From the IMG/VR virus record IMGVR_UViG_3300042522_000315, positions 1-64,000 of that record: a stretch of 64,000 bases of DNA; one strand, given 5' to 3'. This document shows, one piece after another, positions 1-10,026 of this stretch. The notes beneath the pieces are model-generated. The model saw nothing but the letters and a program-made list of their open reading frames with translations. It ran no database searches and was not told where the DNA came from. Made by a program: the position numbers and the translations under genes. Position 1 is the first letter of the stretch. Each line of letters begins with the position of its first letter. The stretch comes from a virus.

Positions 1-2
1 AA

Positions 3-338
3 CCAATTCGATTCAATAGACACACAGACAAGCTATATCTTGATTGGAACTGGGCTATGGCAAATGTAGGAGAGTACTTGATTGTTGAAGGATTTATCAT
101 AGTTGATCCAAGTTCATATGCTGATGTATGGAATGATCGTATGTTGAAGAGATTGACAACAGCACATATCAAGAGAATTTGGGGTAACAACATGAAGAAG
201 TTTGCTGGTATGCAGTTACCTGGTGGTGTGACAATGAACGGTCAACAAATCTACAATGAAGCAGATGCTGAAGTCAAAGAGATAGAACAGTTGATACGAG
301 ATACCTACGAAGAACCTCCAAATTTCATAATGGGGTAA
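3..338 (+). CDS. gp13: neck protein gp13, C-terminal part (5' truncated by window edge)
   Basis: Frame is open from position 3 (PIRFNRHTDKLYLDW...). C-terminal KRIWGNNMKKFAGMQLPGGVTMNGQQIY is typical of gp13, and it lies upstream of gp14. Confidence 0.9.
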   Translation, partial: PIRFNRHTDKLYLDWNWAMANVGEYLIVEGFIIVDPSSYADVWNDRMLKRLTTAHIKRIWGNNMKKFAGMQLPGGVTMNGQQIYNEADAEVKEIEQLIRDTYEEPPNFIMG

Positions 339-1214
339 ATGATGGCAACTTCCGTATACTTCAATAATTTTTCACCTTCTGATATCAATGAAAATTTTCT
401 TCTTGAAGATTTGATAATCGAATCAATTCAAATCATGGGTCATGATGTCAAGTATCTACCAAGAGAAGTTTATGATTCCGCTGATGATGTTCTTGGTGAA
501 AGCGTAAATTCAAAGTTCAGCAGAGCATATACCATAGAAATGTATCTGGCTAACGTAGAAGGTTACGAAGGTGATGGTGACTTCTTTTCTAAGTTTGGTC
601 TTGAAATTCGAGACACATCAAACTTTGTTGTATCAAGAAGATCATTTGAAAAATATGTACCTTCAAATACAGCAATCAGACCAAGAGAAGGTGATCTGTT
701 GTATGTTCCTTTGTTAAACAAGATATTTGAAATCAAGTTCGTAGAAGAAGAATTGATGTTCTTCTCGCTTGGTAAAAGAAAACCATATATGTATGAATTG
801 CGTTGTGAAACATTCCGTTACAGCAATGAAAACTTTGATACTGGTGTTGCAGAAGTTGATGATATTGAACATGTGGTATCTTATTCTATTGAGATGAACT
901 TAGGCACAGGTTCTGGTAATTTCATACAAGATGAAATTGTGTATCAAGGTGCTAATCTTGCATATGCTTCAGCAACGGCAGAAGTGAAGAACTGGAATCC
1001 TGGAACAAAGATATTGCAGATTATCAATATTGCAGGCAATATAAGATCATCAATAAACGTTATTGGTGTAAGTTCAAATACAAGATACAATGTCATATCG
1101 TTTGATGACATGTCTGATCTCATTGAATACGATGATTCTGATAATCGCGTTATACAAAACGAAGCTAATACATTCATTGATCTATCAGAGATCAATCCAT
1201 TCGGGATGCCGTAA
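339..1214 (+). CDS. gp14: neck protein gp14
   Basis: ESIQIMGHDVKYLPRE, FSKFGLEIRD, RPREGDLLY and terminal SEINPFG; synteny. Confidence 0.92.
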   Translation: MMATSVYFNNFSPSDINENFLLEDLIIESIQIMGHDVKYLPREVYDSADDVLGESVNSKFSRAYTIEMYLANVEGYEGDGDFFSKFGLEIRDTSNFVVSRRSFEKYVPSNTAIRPREGDLLYVPLLNKIFEIKFVEEELMFFSLGKRKPYMYELRCETFRYSNENFDTGVAEVDDIEHVVSYSIEMNLGTGSGNFIQDEIVYQGANLAYASATAEVKNWNPGTKILQIINIAGNIRSSINVIGVSSNTRYNVISFDDMSDLIEYDDSDNRVIQNEANTFIDLSEINPFGMP

Positions 1215-1216
1215 AA

Positions 1217-2227
1217 ATGTTATCTAATGCTTACTTTTATCATCAATTAACTCGCAAATATGTAATATTGTTTGGTAATATGTTCAACAATATTACTGTG
1301 AAGCGCATTAACAAGAATTCAGAAGTTGAAATTGAACGTTTCAAAGTGCCTGTTGTCTATGCACCAAAAGAAAAGTATTACTCAAGACTAAGAGCAGACC
1401 CAGACTTAGAGAGACCAGTACAGGTTGTTCTACCTAGAATGTCATTTGAATTGACTGGGTTTTCATATGATGCTTCTAGAAAACAAAATTCACTGCTAAA
1501 AAATCCTATTGCAAATACATCTTCACGTGGTGCATCTCAGTATATGGGTGTGCCGTATGACTTGAATTTCGATCTACAGATATACGCAAGAAACGTTGAT
1601 GATGGTACACATATTGTAGAACAAATTTTACCATATTTTAATCCTGACTACACAGTGACAATCGATTCTGTACCTACAATGGGATTTCTCAAAGACATTC
1701 CTATCATACTTAATCAAGTATCTAATGTGATTGAGCATGAAGGTAACTTTGATGCTGTAAGATATGTATCATGGACTCTTTCTTTCACGATGAAGGCATA
1801 CTATTACGGTCCAGTTTCTACAGGCAAGATCATTCGTCGTGTATTTGCTAATATCTACAATGATGAATCACTTAAAGCAGGTAATATCATCAAGATCAAT
1901 ACAACAGAACCTTTGGCAAATAGCAATTTCAAAGTAAATGATATCGTATATCAAGGTGCTAATTATCAAACTGCTACCGCATACGGATATGTTTTGAGTT
2001 GGCATGATGAAACCAACAGACTTGTTATTGGTGGTTCTCAAGGTCAGTTTAAAGTAAACAATACTATTAGAGCAGCATCAACGAATGCTGTCTGCAATAT
2101 AGCTAGTTTTGATATAACACCGATAAAGCTTGCTCAGATACAGATTGATCCAAATCCAATTGATGCTGAACCAGATGAAGATTTTGGATTTACTACAACA
2201 ATAACAGAATGGCCAGAAACTGAATGA
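1217..2227 (+). CDS. gp15: tail sheath stabilizer / tail completion protein gp15
   Basis: YFYHQLTRKYVILFGNMFNNI, VPVVYAPKEK, LPRMSFE, EQILPYFNPDY. Confidence 0.92.
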   Translation: MLSNAYFYHQLTRKYVILFGNMFNNITVKRINKNSEVEIERFKVPVVYAPKEKYYSRLRADPDLERPVQVVLPRMSFELTGFSYDASRKQNSLLKNPIANTSSRGASQYMGVPYDLNFDLQIYARNVDDGTHIVEQILPYFNPDYTVTIDSVPTMGFLKDIPIILNQVSNVIEHEGNFDAVRYVSWTLSFTMKAYYYGPVSTGKIIRRVFANIYNDESLKAGNIIKINTTEPLANSNFKVNDIVYQGANYQTATAYGYVLSWHDETNRLVIGGSQGQFKVNNTIRAASTNAVCNIASFDITPIKLAQIQIDPNPIDAEPDEDFGFTTTITEWPETE

Positions 2228-2649
2228 GTGAAAAATCAAATGATATAATCTCAAGTTCTCTTGGTATCGGCAATGAAGTCGAAATCATAGAACCTAAGAG
2301 AGAAGTGATAATTAATACTCCACATGAATTCAATGATGCTGATGCTGACTACAATCTATCAAGACGCACATTTCGATCTCTCATAGAGAAAGGTAATGCT
2401 GCGATGGAAAACTTGACTGATTTGGCCAAAGAATCCGAATCTCCTAGAGCATATGAAGTATTAGCAACAACAATGAAGACTATCGCAGATATTACTAAAG
2501 ACCTGTATGATCTACAGAAGAAAAATCAAGACTTACGTGGTACAAAGAAAGAAGATAAAACAAATGTTACAGTAGAAAAAGCAGTATTTGTAGGAACTAC
2601 TGCCGATCTACTTAAACAGATGAAAGAAAAGAAGAATGAAAACATTTAA
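2224..2649 (+). CDS. gp16: terminase small subunit gp16
   Basis: DYNLSRRTFRSLIEKG, ESESPRAYEV, AVFVGTTADLLK. Confidence 0.92.
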   Translation: MSEKSNDIISSSLGIGNEVEIIEPKREVIINTPHEFNDADADYNLSRRTFRSLIEKGNAAMENLTDLAKESESPRAYEVLATTMKTIADITKDLYDLQKKNQDLRGTKKEDKTNVTVEKAVFVGTTADLLKQMKEKKNENI

Positions 2650-3097
2650 GCAATTTGTAACAGAACTATTTGATACTAAATTACCATATCAAAGTAAAGG
2701 TATATTAAATACTAAAAGAGGGCCTCATGATAGTGAGATCCACGGATACTCATTTACTGTTCCTAGTAAAAAAGATGAAAAACCTACAAACATTGATGTA
2801 CACATTCACCATGATAGAAATAAAGTTGGTCGTGTGGTATTTTACGACAGAGGTTCTACAGAAAAAACTGGTAAAATGGGAACAAGATCGCCTCAAGTTA
2901 TTGCTGCTGTGGCTAATATAGCTAGAGAACATGCAGATAAACATAAACTAAGCGGAATTAGTTATTCATCATCAAGAGAAGATACTAGCAGAGATAGTCT
3001 CTATAATGCTTTAGCTAGAAAACATGGTGGTGGTGAAGCCCCACCTAATGAACAAGGTATTACTCAAAAATTTTATAAGATACCTAGGAAACCTTAA
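2636..3097 (+). CDS. putative internal head protein with capsid-targeting N-terminus
   Basis: N-terminus MKTFKQFVTE resembles the T4 internal-protein capsid targeting sequence (IPIII MKTYQEFIAE). Confidence 0.6.
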   Translation: MKTFKQFVTELFDTKLPYQSKGILNTKRGPHDSEIHGYSFTVPSKKDEKPTNIDVHIHHDRNKVGRVVFYDRGSTEKTGKMGTRSPQVIAAVANIAREHADKHKLSGISYSSSREDTSRDSLYNALARKHGGGEAPPNEQGITQKFYKIPRKP

Positions 3098-3099
3098 AT

Positions 3100-4191
3100 A
3101 TGAAAACACTTAAGCAGTTTTTAAAAGAATCTGAAGAATATAAAGGTGAACATCAAGCTCCTGGTCCTGATAGTGGTGCACCTATGCACGATGTCACATC
3201 AAATGGTGTTTATCCATCAGACTTTTATAGCAACAATGGATTCAAATATTACTCTGATTATGGCAATGAATATGACAAAGAAAACCATGATAAGATTGTG
3301 CGATTTAGAGATAAACCTGATGAAAAAGTTGCTATTCATCGTGCTGTACCTGTAGAAGTGTATAATAAAGCATTGAAAAGTGATAATCCTTTGAGAGAAA
3401 TGATAAGACCTGGTGATTGGGTTACAACATCTAAGGCTTATGCAAAAGAACATGGAGAAGCCAATTTAAATGGCAAATACAAGATTGCTACAATGAGAGT
3501 TCCTGCAAAACATTTACATACAAATGGTGATTCTCATCTTGAGTGGGGATATAATCCAGAAGAGATCAAAGAATCATGGCGTTCATTAGAAGCTCCGCAA
3601 CAATCTAGAGAATTCTCTAGAGAGTTTGATACTAGAGGAGGCGAAATTGCAAGTCAGCTTATTCATGATAAAACAGCAAAGTTCTTGCATCCTGCTATCC
3701 GTAAAGCAATGCAAAATCTTGTCAATAGACCTGATATGATACGCAAGCAACTTAAAAAACCAAGAGAACTTTATGGTAAAGATACTCTCAAACAACGAAA
3801 TGTACAAAACACTACAGGTACAGAAGATTGGGATACAGCTAAATCTCAGCTAACACCTGAAAGAGTTGCAAGAGCAGAGAAAAGCAGAAGCAAAGTTCAA
3901 ACATCACCTACAATACTTAGAGTTAAAGATCCTCTTTCAGGCAAAACTATAGAACATAATGTTGGTGGTAATACCAGATTGACATCAATGAACAGAAGAG
4001 GAAGAACAGCGGCTGTCCATGTAATCAAAGGTACAGTAAAAGAAGCATATGGCAAAAGTTATGTGTCACCACTAGCCAAGATTGAAAAAGCTCTTGGTAG
4101 AAAATTGATCGACAGTGATGAGTTTCGTAAAAAGATGAAAGAGCTGAATGATCGTTATGAAGAAATCAAAAAGAACGATAGAAAAGACTGA
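3100..4191 (+). CDS. putative internal head polyprotein: ART-like domain plus ParB-like domain
   Basis: Leader MKTLKQFLKE; IHRAV...PGDWVTTSKAYA...EWGY (ART-like R/S/E pattern); PTILRV...VGGNTRL (ParB/Srx-like). Confidence 0.55.
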   Translation: MKTLKQFLKESEEYKGEHQAPGPDSGAPMHDVTSNGVYPSDFYSNNGFKYYSDYGNEYDKENHDKIVRFRDKPDEKVAIHRAVPVEVYNKALKSDNPLREMIRPGDWVTTSKAYAKEHGEANLNGKYKIATMRVPAKHLHTNGDSHLEWGYNPEEIKESWRSLEAPQQSREFSREFDTRGGEIASQLIHDKTAKFLHPAIRKAMQNLVNRPDMIRKQLKKPRELYGKDTLKQRNVQNTTGTEDWDTAKSQLTPERVARAEKSRSKVQTSPTILRVKDPLSGKTIEHNVGGNTRLTSMNRRGRTAAVHVIKGTVKEAYGKSYVSPLAKIEKALGRKLIDSDEFRKKMKELNDRYEEIKKNDRKD

Positions 4192-4196
4192 CACAG

Positions 4197-5861
4197 ATGT
4201 TTAATAATGGTTACAAAGGTAATCCTAATTTACCAAAAGAAGATTACCAACATGCTTTTACACAGATTGAGCGTGATGAGTTTGCCAAGTGCATGGAAGA
4301 TCCTGTTTACTTTGCTACCAAGTACATGCGTATTATCAACGTCGATCATGGTCTTATGCCATTCCGCATGTGGGACTTTCAGAAAGAAATGCTCACAACA
4401 TTCCATGAGAACCGATTTTCTATCTGTAAGTTGCCTAGACAGGTAGGTAAGACTACAACATCTGTTGCATTTCTGCTACACTACATTCTGTTCAATGAAA
4501 ACGTCAATATAGCTATTCTTGCTAACAAGTCTTCAACTGCTCGTGAAATTATGGGCAGACTTCAGCTTGCCTTTGAATATCTTCCTCGCTTTCTACAGCA
4601 AGGCGTCAAAGAATGGAACAAAGGTTCTATTGAGTTGGCTAATGGTTCACGCGCAATTGCTGATTCAACATCTGGTTCATCTGTTCGTGGTAGATCATTC
4701 AATGTTATCTTCTTAGACGAGTTTGCATTCGTTCCAAACAACATTGCTGAAGCATTCTTCATGTCTACGTATCCTACCATTTCATCTGGTAACACAACAA
4801 AAGTTATCATTGTTTCTACACCAAACGGTCTGAACTTGTTCTATCGTATGTGGGTAGAAGCAACTGAGAAGAGAAGTGATTATATACCTATTGAAATTCA
4901 CTGGAGTATGGTGCCAGGTCGTGACCAAGCATGGAAAGAACTGACAATCCGTAACACTTCAGCCGATCAGTTCAGACAAGAATTTGAGTGTGAATTTATT
5001 GGTTCTACAAATACACTCATTCATCCTAGCAAGCTAAGAACACTTGCTTTTAAGAATCCTATACGTAAAGAAGGGTTTCTGGATATCTATGAAGAACCTA
5101 TCAAAGATCATACATATACCATGACTGTAGATGTTGCTGAAGGTTTGAACTTGGACAACTCAACATTTTCAATCATAGACGTTACTGAGATACCGTACCG
5201 ACAGGTTGCCAAATATCGAAACAACAAGATATCACCTATGCTTTATCCTGCTGTCATTGTAAATCATGCAAGATACTACAATGAAGCATTTGTACTGGTA
5301 GAGATCAATAGCATAGGACTACAAGTTTCTGAAATTCTACACCATGAAATTGCATATGAAAATCTCATCAAGATTGAAGTCAAAGGCAAACAAGGTCAGC
5401 AGCAAACACCAGGTTTTAAAAAGAGAATTGCTTATGGTATCAGAACCTCACAACAGACAAAGAATATCGGTTGTGCTAATCTAAAAACTTTGGTTGAGAG
5501 CGATAAACTCATCATTCATGATGCTGAGACGATCATGGAATTAACTACATTCTCAGCAGACAAGAAGACATTCAAAGCAGAAGAAGGAAACAACGACGAT
5601 CTTGCCATGACTTTAGTGCATTTTGGCTGGTTGACCGCCCAGAGATACTTTAAAGAAAACATCAAGAACGATATCCGTCGAACTCTGCAAGAAGAACAAT
5701 TGCAGTTGATGGATTCCGATTTGACTCCTTTGCCGATCATAGATGATGGACTTGATAGATATACTCCTAAAATGGAAGTGGATGAAAAAGGTACAGTATG
5801 GTTTGAAGACATCGACAAGAGATATCCTTGGAGCGATTTAAACTGGTCAGATAGACTATAA
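4197..5861 (+). CDS. gp17: terminase large subunit gp17
   Basis: Walker A PRQVGKTT, Walker B IFLDEFAF, STPNG, nuclease motifs VDVAEG and DDLAM. Confidence 0.97.
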   Translation: MFNNGYKGNPNLPKEDYQHAFTQIERDEFAKCMEDPVYFATKYMRIINVDHGLMPFRMWDFQKEMLTTFHENRFSICKLPRQVGKTTTSVAFLLHYILFNENVNIAILANKSSTAREIMGRLQLAFEYLPRFLQQGVKEWNKGSIELANGSRAIADSTSGSSVRGRSFNVIFLDEFAFVPNNIAEAFFMSTYPTISSGNTTKVIIVSTPNGLNLFYRMWVEATEKRSDYIPIEIHWSMVPGRDQAWKELTIRNTSADQFRQEFECEFIGSTNTLIHPSKLRTLAFKNPIRKEGFLDIYEEPIKDHTYTMTVDVAEGLNLDNSTFSIIDVTEIPYRQVAKYRNNKISPMLYPAVIVNHARYYNEAFVLVEINSIGLQVSEILHHEIAYENLIKIEVKGKQGQQQTPGFKKRIAYGIRTSQQTKNIGCANLKTLVESDKLIIHDAETIMELTTFSADKKTFKAEEGNNDDLAMTLVHFGWLTAQRYFKENIKNDIRRTLQEEQLQLMDSDLTPLPIIDDGLDRYTPKMEVDEKGTVWFEDIDKRYPWSDLNWSDRL

Positions 5862-5919
5862 ATCGTCATTTTTCTAAATAATATAAAGAATAATAATCCA
5901 CTTTTAAAGGAGAGACAAT

Positions 5920-7638
5920 ATGGCATTTCAACTGTCACCAGGTGTAAATGTAACTGAATTTGACCTTACAACTATAGTTCCGTCAGTTGGAACTACGCAA
6001 GGTGCAATTGCAGCAAGATTTGCATGGGGCCCTTCAAATACAATCGTTACTATTTCTAATGAAAATGAACTTGTAGAGACTTTCGGTAAGCCTACAGGAG
6101 ACGCAAATGCTATCGCAACATGGTTTACCGCAGCTAACTTTTTGGCATACGGTCGTGATCTTAAGGTCGTTCGTACTTCTAATACAGTATCAGATAGAAA
6201 TTCTACTAGCGGCAATACAGGTGTGTTAATTGCAAATGAAGAAGATTATAATGCAAACTGGAATTATCCTTTTACAACCCTCTCAAACGCCGGAATCAAT
6301 GTGATCACTGCACGTTATGCTGGTGATGCAGGTAACGGTCTAAGAATTGAAATTTTTGCTAATGGCGCAAATGCGAACGCATTTACAATATGGGGTTCAA
6401 ACACATCAATAAACTTTGCAAACCAATTTGATTCTATTCCATTAACATCAGGTTACGCAAATACTCGCGGCGGCCGTTGGGACGAAATGCACATACTTGT
6501 CATTGATCAAAAAGGCACTTTTGCTGCTCCAAATACTGTTCTTGAAAAGTATTCATATGTTTCTAAAGCTGTTGATGCAAAGAACGATGATGGTTCATCT
6601 AACTATTACGTAAATGTGATTAACGATAAATCAAGATATATTTACATAACTAATCATGCAGAAACTTCTGTTGGTTGGGGTAATACAGCTCAAAACACAA
6701 CATTTACTTCAAGTGCAATATATTCATATACGTTGCAAAATGGTGCATCAGTAAACACAACAGATGCTGATTTAATTATAGGTTATGATCGTTTTAAGAA
6801 CGCTGAAGAAACAGATATTTCTCTCATCATAACAGGTGCAGCATCAAATACAGTTTCTAGACATGTTATTGATAACATTGTTGAAACACGTAAAGACTGC
6901 GTAGCGTTTATTTCACCACCATATACATCTGTCGTTAATAGGTATGGTCGTGAAGCTGATTTATCTGTAGCATTTAGAAATGATTTACCTTCAACATCAT
7001 ATGCTGTAATGGATTCAGGTTGGAAGTATCAGTTTGACAAGTACAGTAATGTGTATCGTTGGGTGCCACTTAATGGTGACATCGCTGGTCTATGTGTAAG
7101 AACAGATCAAGATCGTGATCCATGGTATTCACCAGCAGGTTTCAATCGCGGTCAAATCAAGAACGTAGTAAAGCTTGCATGGAATCCAGATAAGACTGAT
7201 CGTGACACACTATATAAGAGCGGTATCAATCCTGTCGTTTCATTCCCAGGCGAAGGCACAGTTCTTTATGGTGATAAGACAATGCTTACTCGTCCATCAG
7301 CATTTGATCGTATCAACGTTCGTCGCTTGTTTATTGTACTTGAAAAAGCAATTGCAAGAGCAGCCAAGTATAGCTTGTTCGAATTCAACGATGAGTTCAC
7401 ACGCTCACAGTTCATTGGTCTTGTAGAACCATATCTACGTGACGTTCAAGGTCGTCGTGGTATCTATGCATACAGAGTAGTTTGCGATACTACAAATAAT
7501 ACTCCTGAAGTTATCGATAGAAACGAGTTTATCGGTGATATTTACATTAAGCCAGCTAGAAGCATCAACTTTATTCAGCTTAACTTCGTAGCTGTTAGAA
7601 CTGGTGTTGCCTTCGAAGAAATCGTAGGTAGATTCTAA
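5920..7638 (+). CDS. gp18: tail sheath protein gp18
   Basis: MAFQLSPGVNVTEFD, PWYSPAGFNRG, AFDRINVRRLF, KPARSINFIQLNF. Confidence 0.97.
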   Translation: MAFQLSPGVNVTEFDLTTIVPSVGTTQGAIAARFAWGPSNTIVTISNENELVETFGKPTGDANAIATWFTAANFLAYGRDLKVVRTSNTVSDRNSTSGNTGVLIANEEDYNANWNYPFTTLSNAGINVITARYAGDAGNGLRIEIFANGANANAFTIWGSNTSINFANQFDSIPLTSGYANTRGGRWDEMHILVIDQKGTFAAPNTVLEKYSYVSKAVDAKNDDGSSNYYVNVINDKSRYIYITNHAETSVGWGNTAQNTTFTSSAIYSYTLQNGASVNTTDADLIIGYDRFKNAEETDISLIITGAASNTVSRHVIDNIVETRKDCVAFISPPYTSVVNRYGREADLSVAFRNDLPSTSYAVMDSGWKYQFDKYSNVYRWVPLNGDIAGLCVRTDQDRDPWYSPAGFNRGQIKNVVKLAWNPDKTDRDTLYKSGINPVVSFPGEGTVLYGDKTMLTRPSAFDRINVRRLFIVLEKAIARAAKYSLFEFNDEFTRSQFIGLVEPYLRDVQGRRGIYAYRVVCDTTNNTPEVIDRNEFIGDIYIKPARSINFIQLNFVAVRTGVAFEEIVGRF

Positions 7639-7680
7639 TATGACAAAAATGAACATAAATAAAGAAAAGGAGTAATTTAA

Positions 7681-8283
7681 ATGGCTTTTAATGTTTCAGA
7701 TTTTAGATCACAAATGGTTGGTGACGGCGCTCGTCCTAATCTATTTCAATGTAGAATTGAAGGCTTGCCTGTTACTGTAGGAACAAAATTTTCGTTTATG
7801 TGTAGAGCCGCTCAGTTACCTGGTTCAACTGTAAATCAGATTCCTGTTAACTATTTTGGTCGTGAACTGAAGTTTGCAGGTAATAGAACATTTACTGAAT
7901 GGACAGTAACTATTATCAATGATGAAGATTTTATTGTACGCAATTCCATGGAAAAGTGGATGAGCGACCTAAACTCTCACGTTGGTAATATTCGTAATCC
8001 TAATCGTGTAAGTCCTGCTTCATATCAATCTATCGCATATATTACTCAGTATGGTAAAGCTAATGCTGATAGACCAGAAGTTGGAAAAAAGAGTTACAAA
8101 TTTGTTGGTATATTCCCAATTGATTTAAGTCCTATTGAAATGGATTGGGGCGCAAACGATACAATTGAAGAGTTTGCTGTCACATTTGCATATCAGTGGT
8201 GGGAAGATTATCCAGCAAATACAACTGATAATGATCAACCACAAGTACCAGCCGCAACCGCACCAGTTGGTTTTGTTGCTTAA
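7681..8283 (+). CDS. gp19: tail tube protein gp19
   Basis: GARPNLF, AAQLPGS, KFAGNRTF, IEEFAVTFAYQWW. Confidence 0.95.
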   Translation: MAFNVSDFRSQMVGDGARPNLFQCRIEGLPVTVGTKFSFMCRAAQLPGSTVNQIPVNYFGRELKFAGNRTFTEWTVTIINDEDFIVRNSMEKWMSDLNSHVGNIRNPNRVSPASYQSIAYITQYGKANADRPEVGKKSYKFVGIFPIDLSPIEMDWGANDTIEEFAVTFAYQWWEDYPANTTDNDQPQVPAATAPVGFVA

Positions 8284-8299
8284 TTATATTATTAACAAA

Positions 8300-8327
8300 G
8301 GCGGGGAGAAATCCCCGCCGCTTTCTC
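8300..8327 (+). terminator. GC-rich hairpin, probable intrinsic terminator after gp19
   Basis: GGCGGGGA-GAAA-TCCCCGCC followed by a weak GCTTTCT tail. Confidence 0.6.
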
Positions 8328-8337
8328 GGAGTGAATA

Positions 8338-10026
8338 ATGGCCGTAAACTTTTTCGGTTTTGAAATAAGCCGTAAGAAAAATCAACAAGAAGACGAACGT
8401 AACAAATCGTTTGCTATTCCAACAACCGACGATGGTGCCGTAACCATTCAGTCGGGTGCTTACTATGGCACATATGTTGATCTAGATGGCGTTGTTCGTA
8501 ATGAAATCGAACTCATCACAAGATACCGTGAAATGTCTATGCAGCCAGAACTTGAAACTGCTATAGACGAAATTGTCAATGAAGCTATTGTCAATGACGA
8601 TGAAGAACGCGGTGTTGAACTTAACACAGATGAAATAAAAGAATCCAATGCTATCAAGAAAAAAATCAGAGATGAATTTGATCAGATTCTGAAGCTACTT
8701 GATTTTGGTAATATGGGTCATGATATTTTTCGTAGATGGTACATTGACGGTAGAATATTCTATCATATCGTCATTGATGACAAGTCGCCACAGAAGGGCA
8801 TTCAAGAAATCAGGTACATTGACCCTCGCAGAATTCGCAAAATTCGTGAAGTACAGAAGACAAAAGATCCAAACAGTGGAATGGAAGTTATCAAGCAGAT
8901 CAAAGAGTATTACCTCTATAATGAAAGAGGTATGATCGGCGCCCATTCACAACTTGGCACAAAGATCACATTAGATGCTATTGTAAATGTCAATTCAGGA
9001 CTGATGGATTCAAAGAGAGCTATGGTTCTCTCTTATCTACACAAGGCTATCAAACCTCTCAATCAGCTTCGCATGGTCGAAGACGCAACAGTTATCTACA
9101 GACTTTCTCGCGCACCTGAGCGCAGAGTATTCTATATTGATGTTGGTAACATGCCAACAATCAAAGCTGAACAATACTTACGTGATGTTATGGTCAAGTA
9201 TCGTAACAAGCTAGTATATGATTCCAGCACAGGTGAAATCAAAGACGACCGCAAACATCTCTCAATGCTTGAAGATTTTTGGTTGCCACGTAGAGAAGGT
9301 GGTAAAGGTACGGAAATCACAACACTTCCTGGTGGTATGAACCTTGGTGAATTAGAAGACGTTAAGTACTTTGAAAAGAAGCTATATAAGGCTCTTGGTG
9401 TTCCTATCTCAAGACTTGAACAGCAACAAGGATTTTCACTAGGTCGCACGACAGAAATTACTAGAGACGAATTGAAATTTACCAAATTTGTCAATCGTCT
9501 TCGTAGCAAGTTCTCTACTCTATTTGATGATCTTCTTAGAGTGCAGTGCATTCTCAAGAAGATTTGTACCGAAGATGAGTGGAAAGAATTCAAAGAAGAA
9601 CTATGGTACGACTTCAAGAAAGATAACAACTTTACAGAACTGAAAGAAGCAGAGCTTCTTCAAAATCGTGTTCAAACACTACAGCTTATTGATCCATATG
9701 TAGGACGTTACTACTCTATGGAATGGGTTCGCAGAAACATCCTTCAGATGGATGATGAAGAAATTGAAGAGATGCAAGAGCAAATCAATCAAGAAGCATC
9801 TCAAAATATGCCAACAGATGAGTTTGGTAATACTATGCCTGGCGCTGGTGGAGTTCCAGCAAATGTTCCGCCACCTACACCTGCTGAAAGTCTAAAAGCA
9901 GCAAGTGCTGGTGTTGCACCAGAACAGCAAACAGGTATGGGTAAAAACCAAACAAATCCATTGGCACAACCCAGTAAGAAACGTTTTGTGAATGATACGA
10001 TGGAGCCTGCGAATGCTCAAGTATGA
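8338..10026 (+). CDS. gp20: portal protein gp20
   Basis: FRRWYIDGR, SYLHKAIKPLNQLRMVEDA, RAPERRVFYIDVGN, EDFWLPRREGGKGTEITTLPGG. Confidence 0.97.
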   Translation: MAVNFFGFEISRKKNQQEDERNKSFAIPTTDDGAVTIQSGAYYGTYVDLDGVVRNEIELITRYREMSMQPELETAIDEIVNEAIVNDDEERGVELNTDEIKESNAIKKKIRDEFDQILKLLDFGNMGHDIFRRWYIDGRIFYHIVIDDKSPQKGIQEIRYIDPRRIRKIREVQKTKDPNSGMEVIKQIKEYYLYNERGMIGAHSQLGTKITLDAIVNVNSGLMDSKRAMVLSYLHKAIKPLNQLRMVEDATVIYRLSRAPERRVFYIDVGNMPTIKAEQYLRDVMVKYRNKLVYDSSTGEIKDDRKHLSMLEDFWLPRREGGKGTEITTLPGGMNLGELEDVKYFEKKLYKALGVPISRLEQQQGFSLGRTTEITRDELKFTKFVNRLRSKFSTLFDDLLRVQCILKKICTEDEWKEFKEELWYDFKKDNNFTELKEAELLQNRVQTLQLIDPYVGRYYSMEWVRRNILQMDDEEIEEMQEQINQEASQNMPTDEFGNTMPGAGGVPANVPPPTPAESLKAASAGVAPEQQTGMGKNQTNPLAQPSKKRFVNDTMEPANAQV

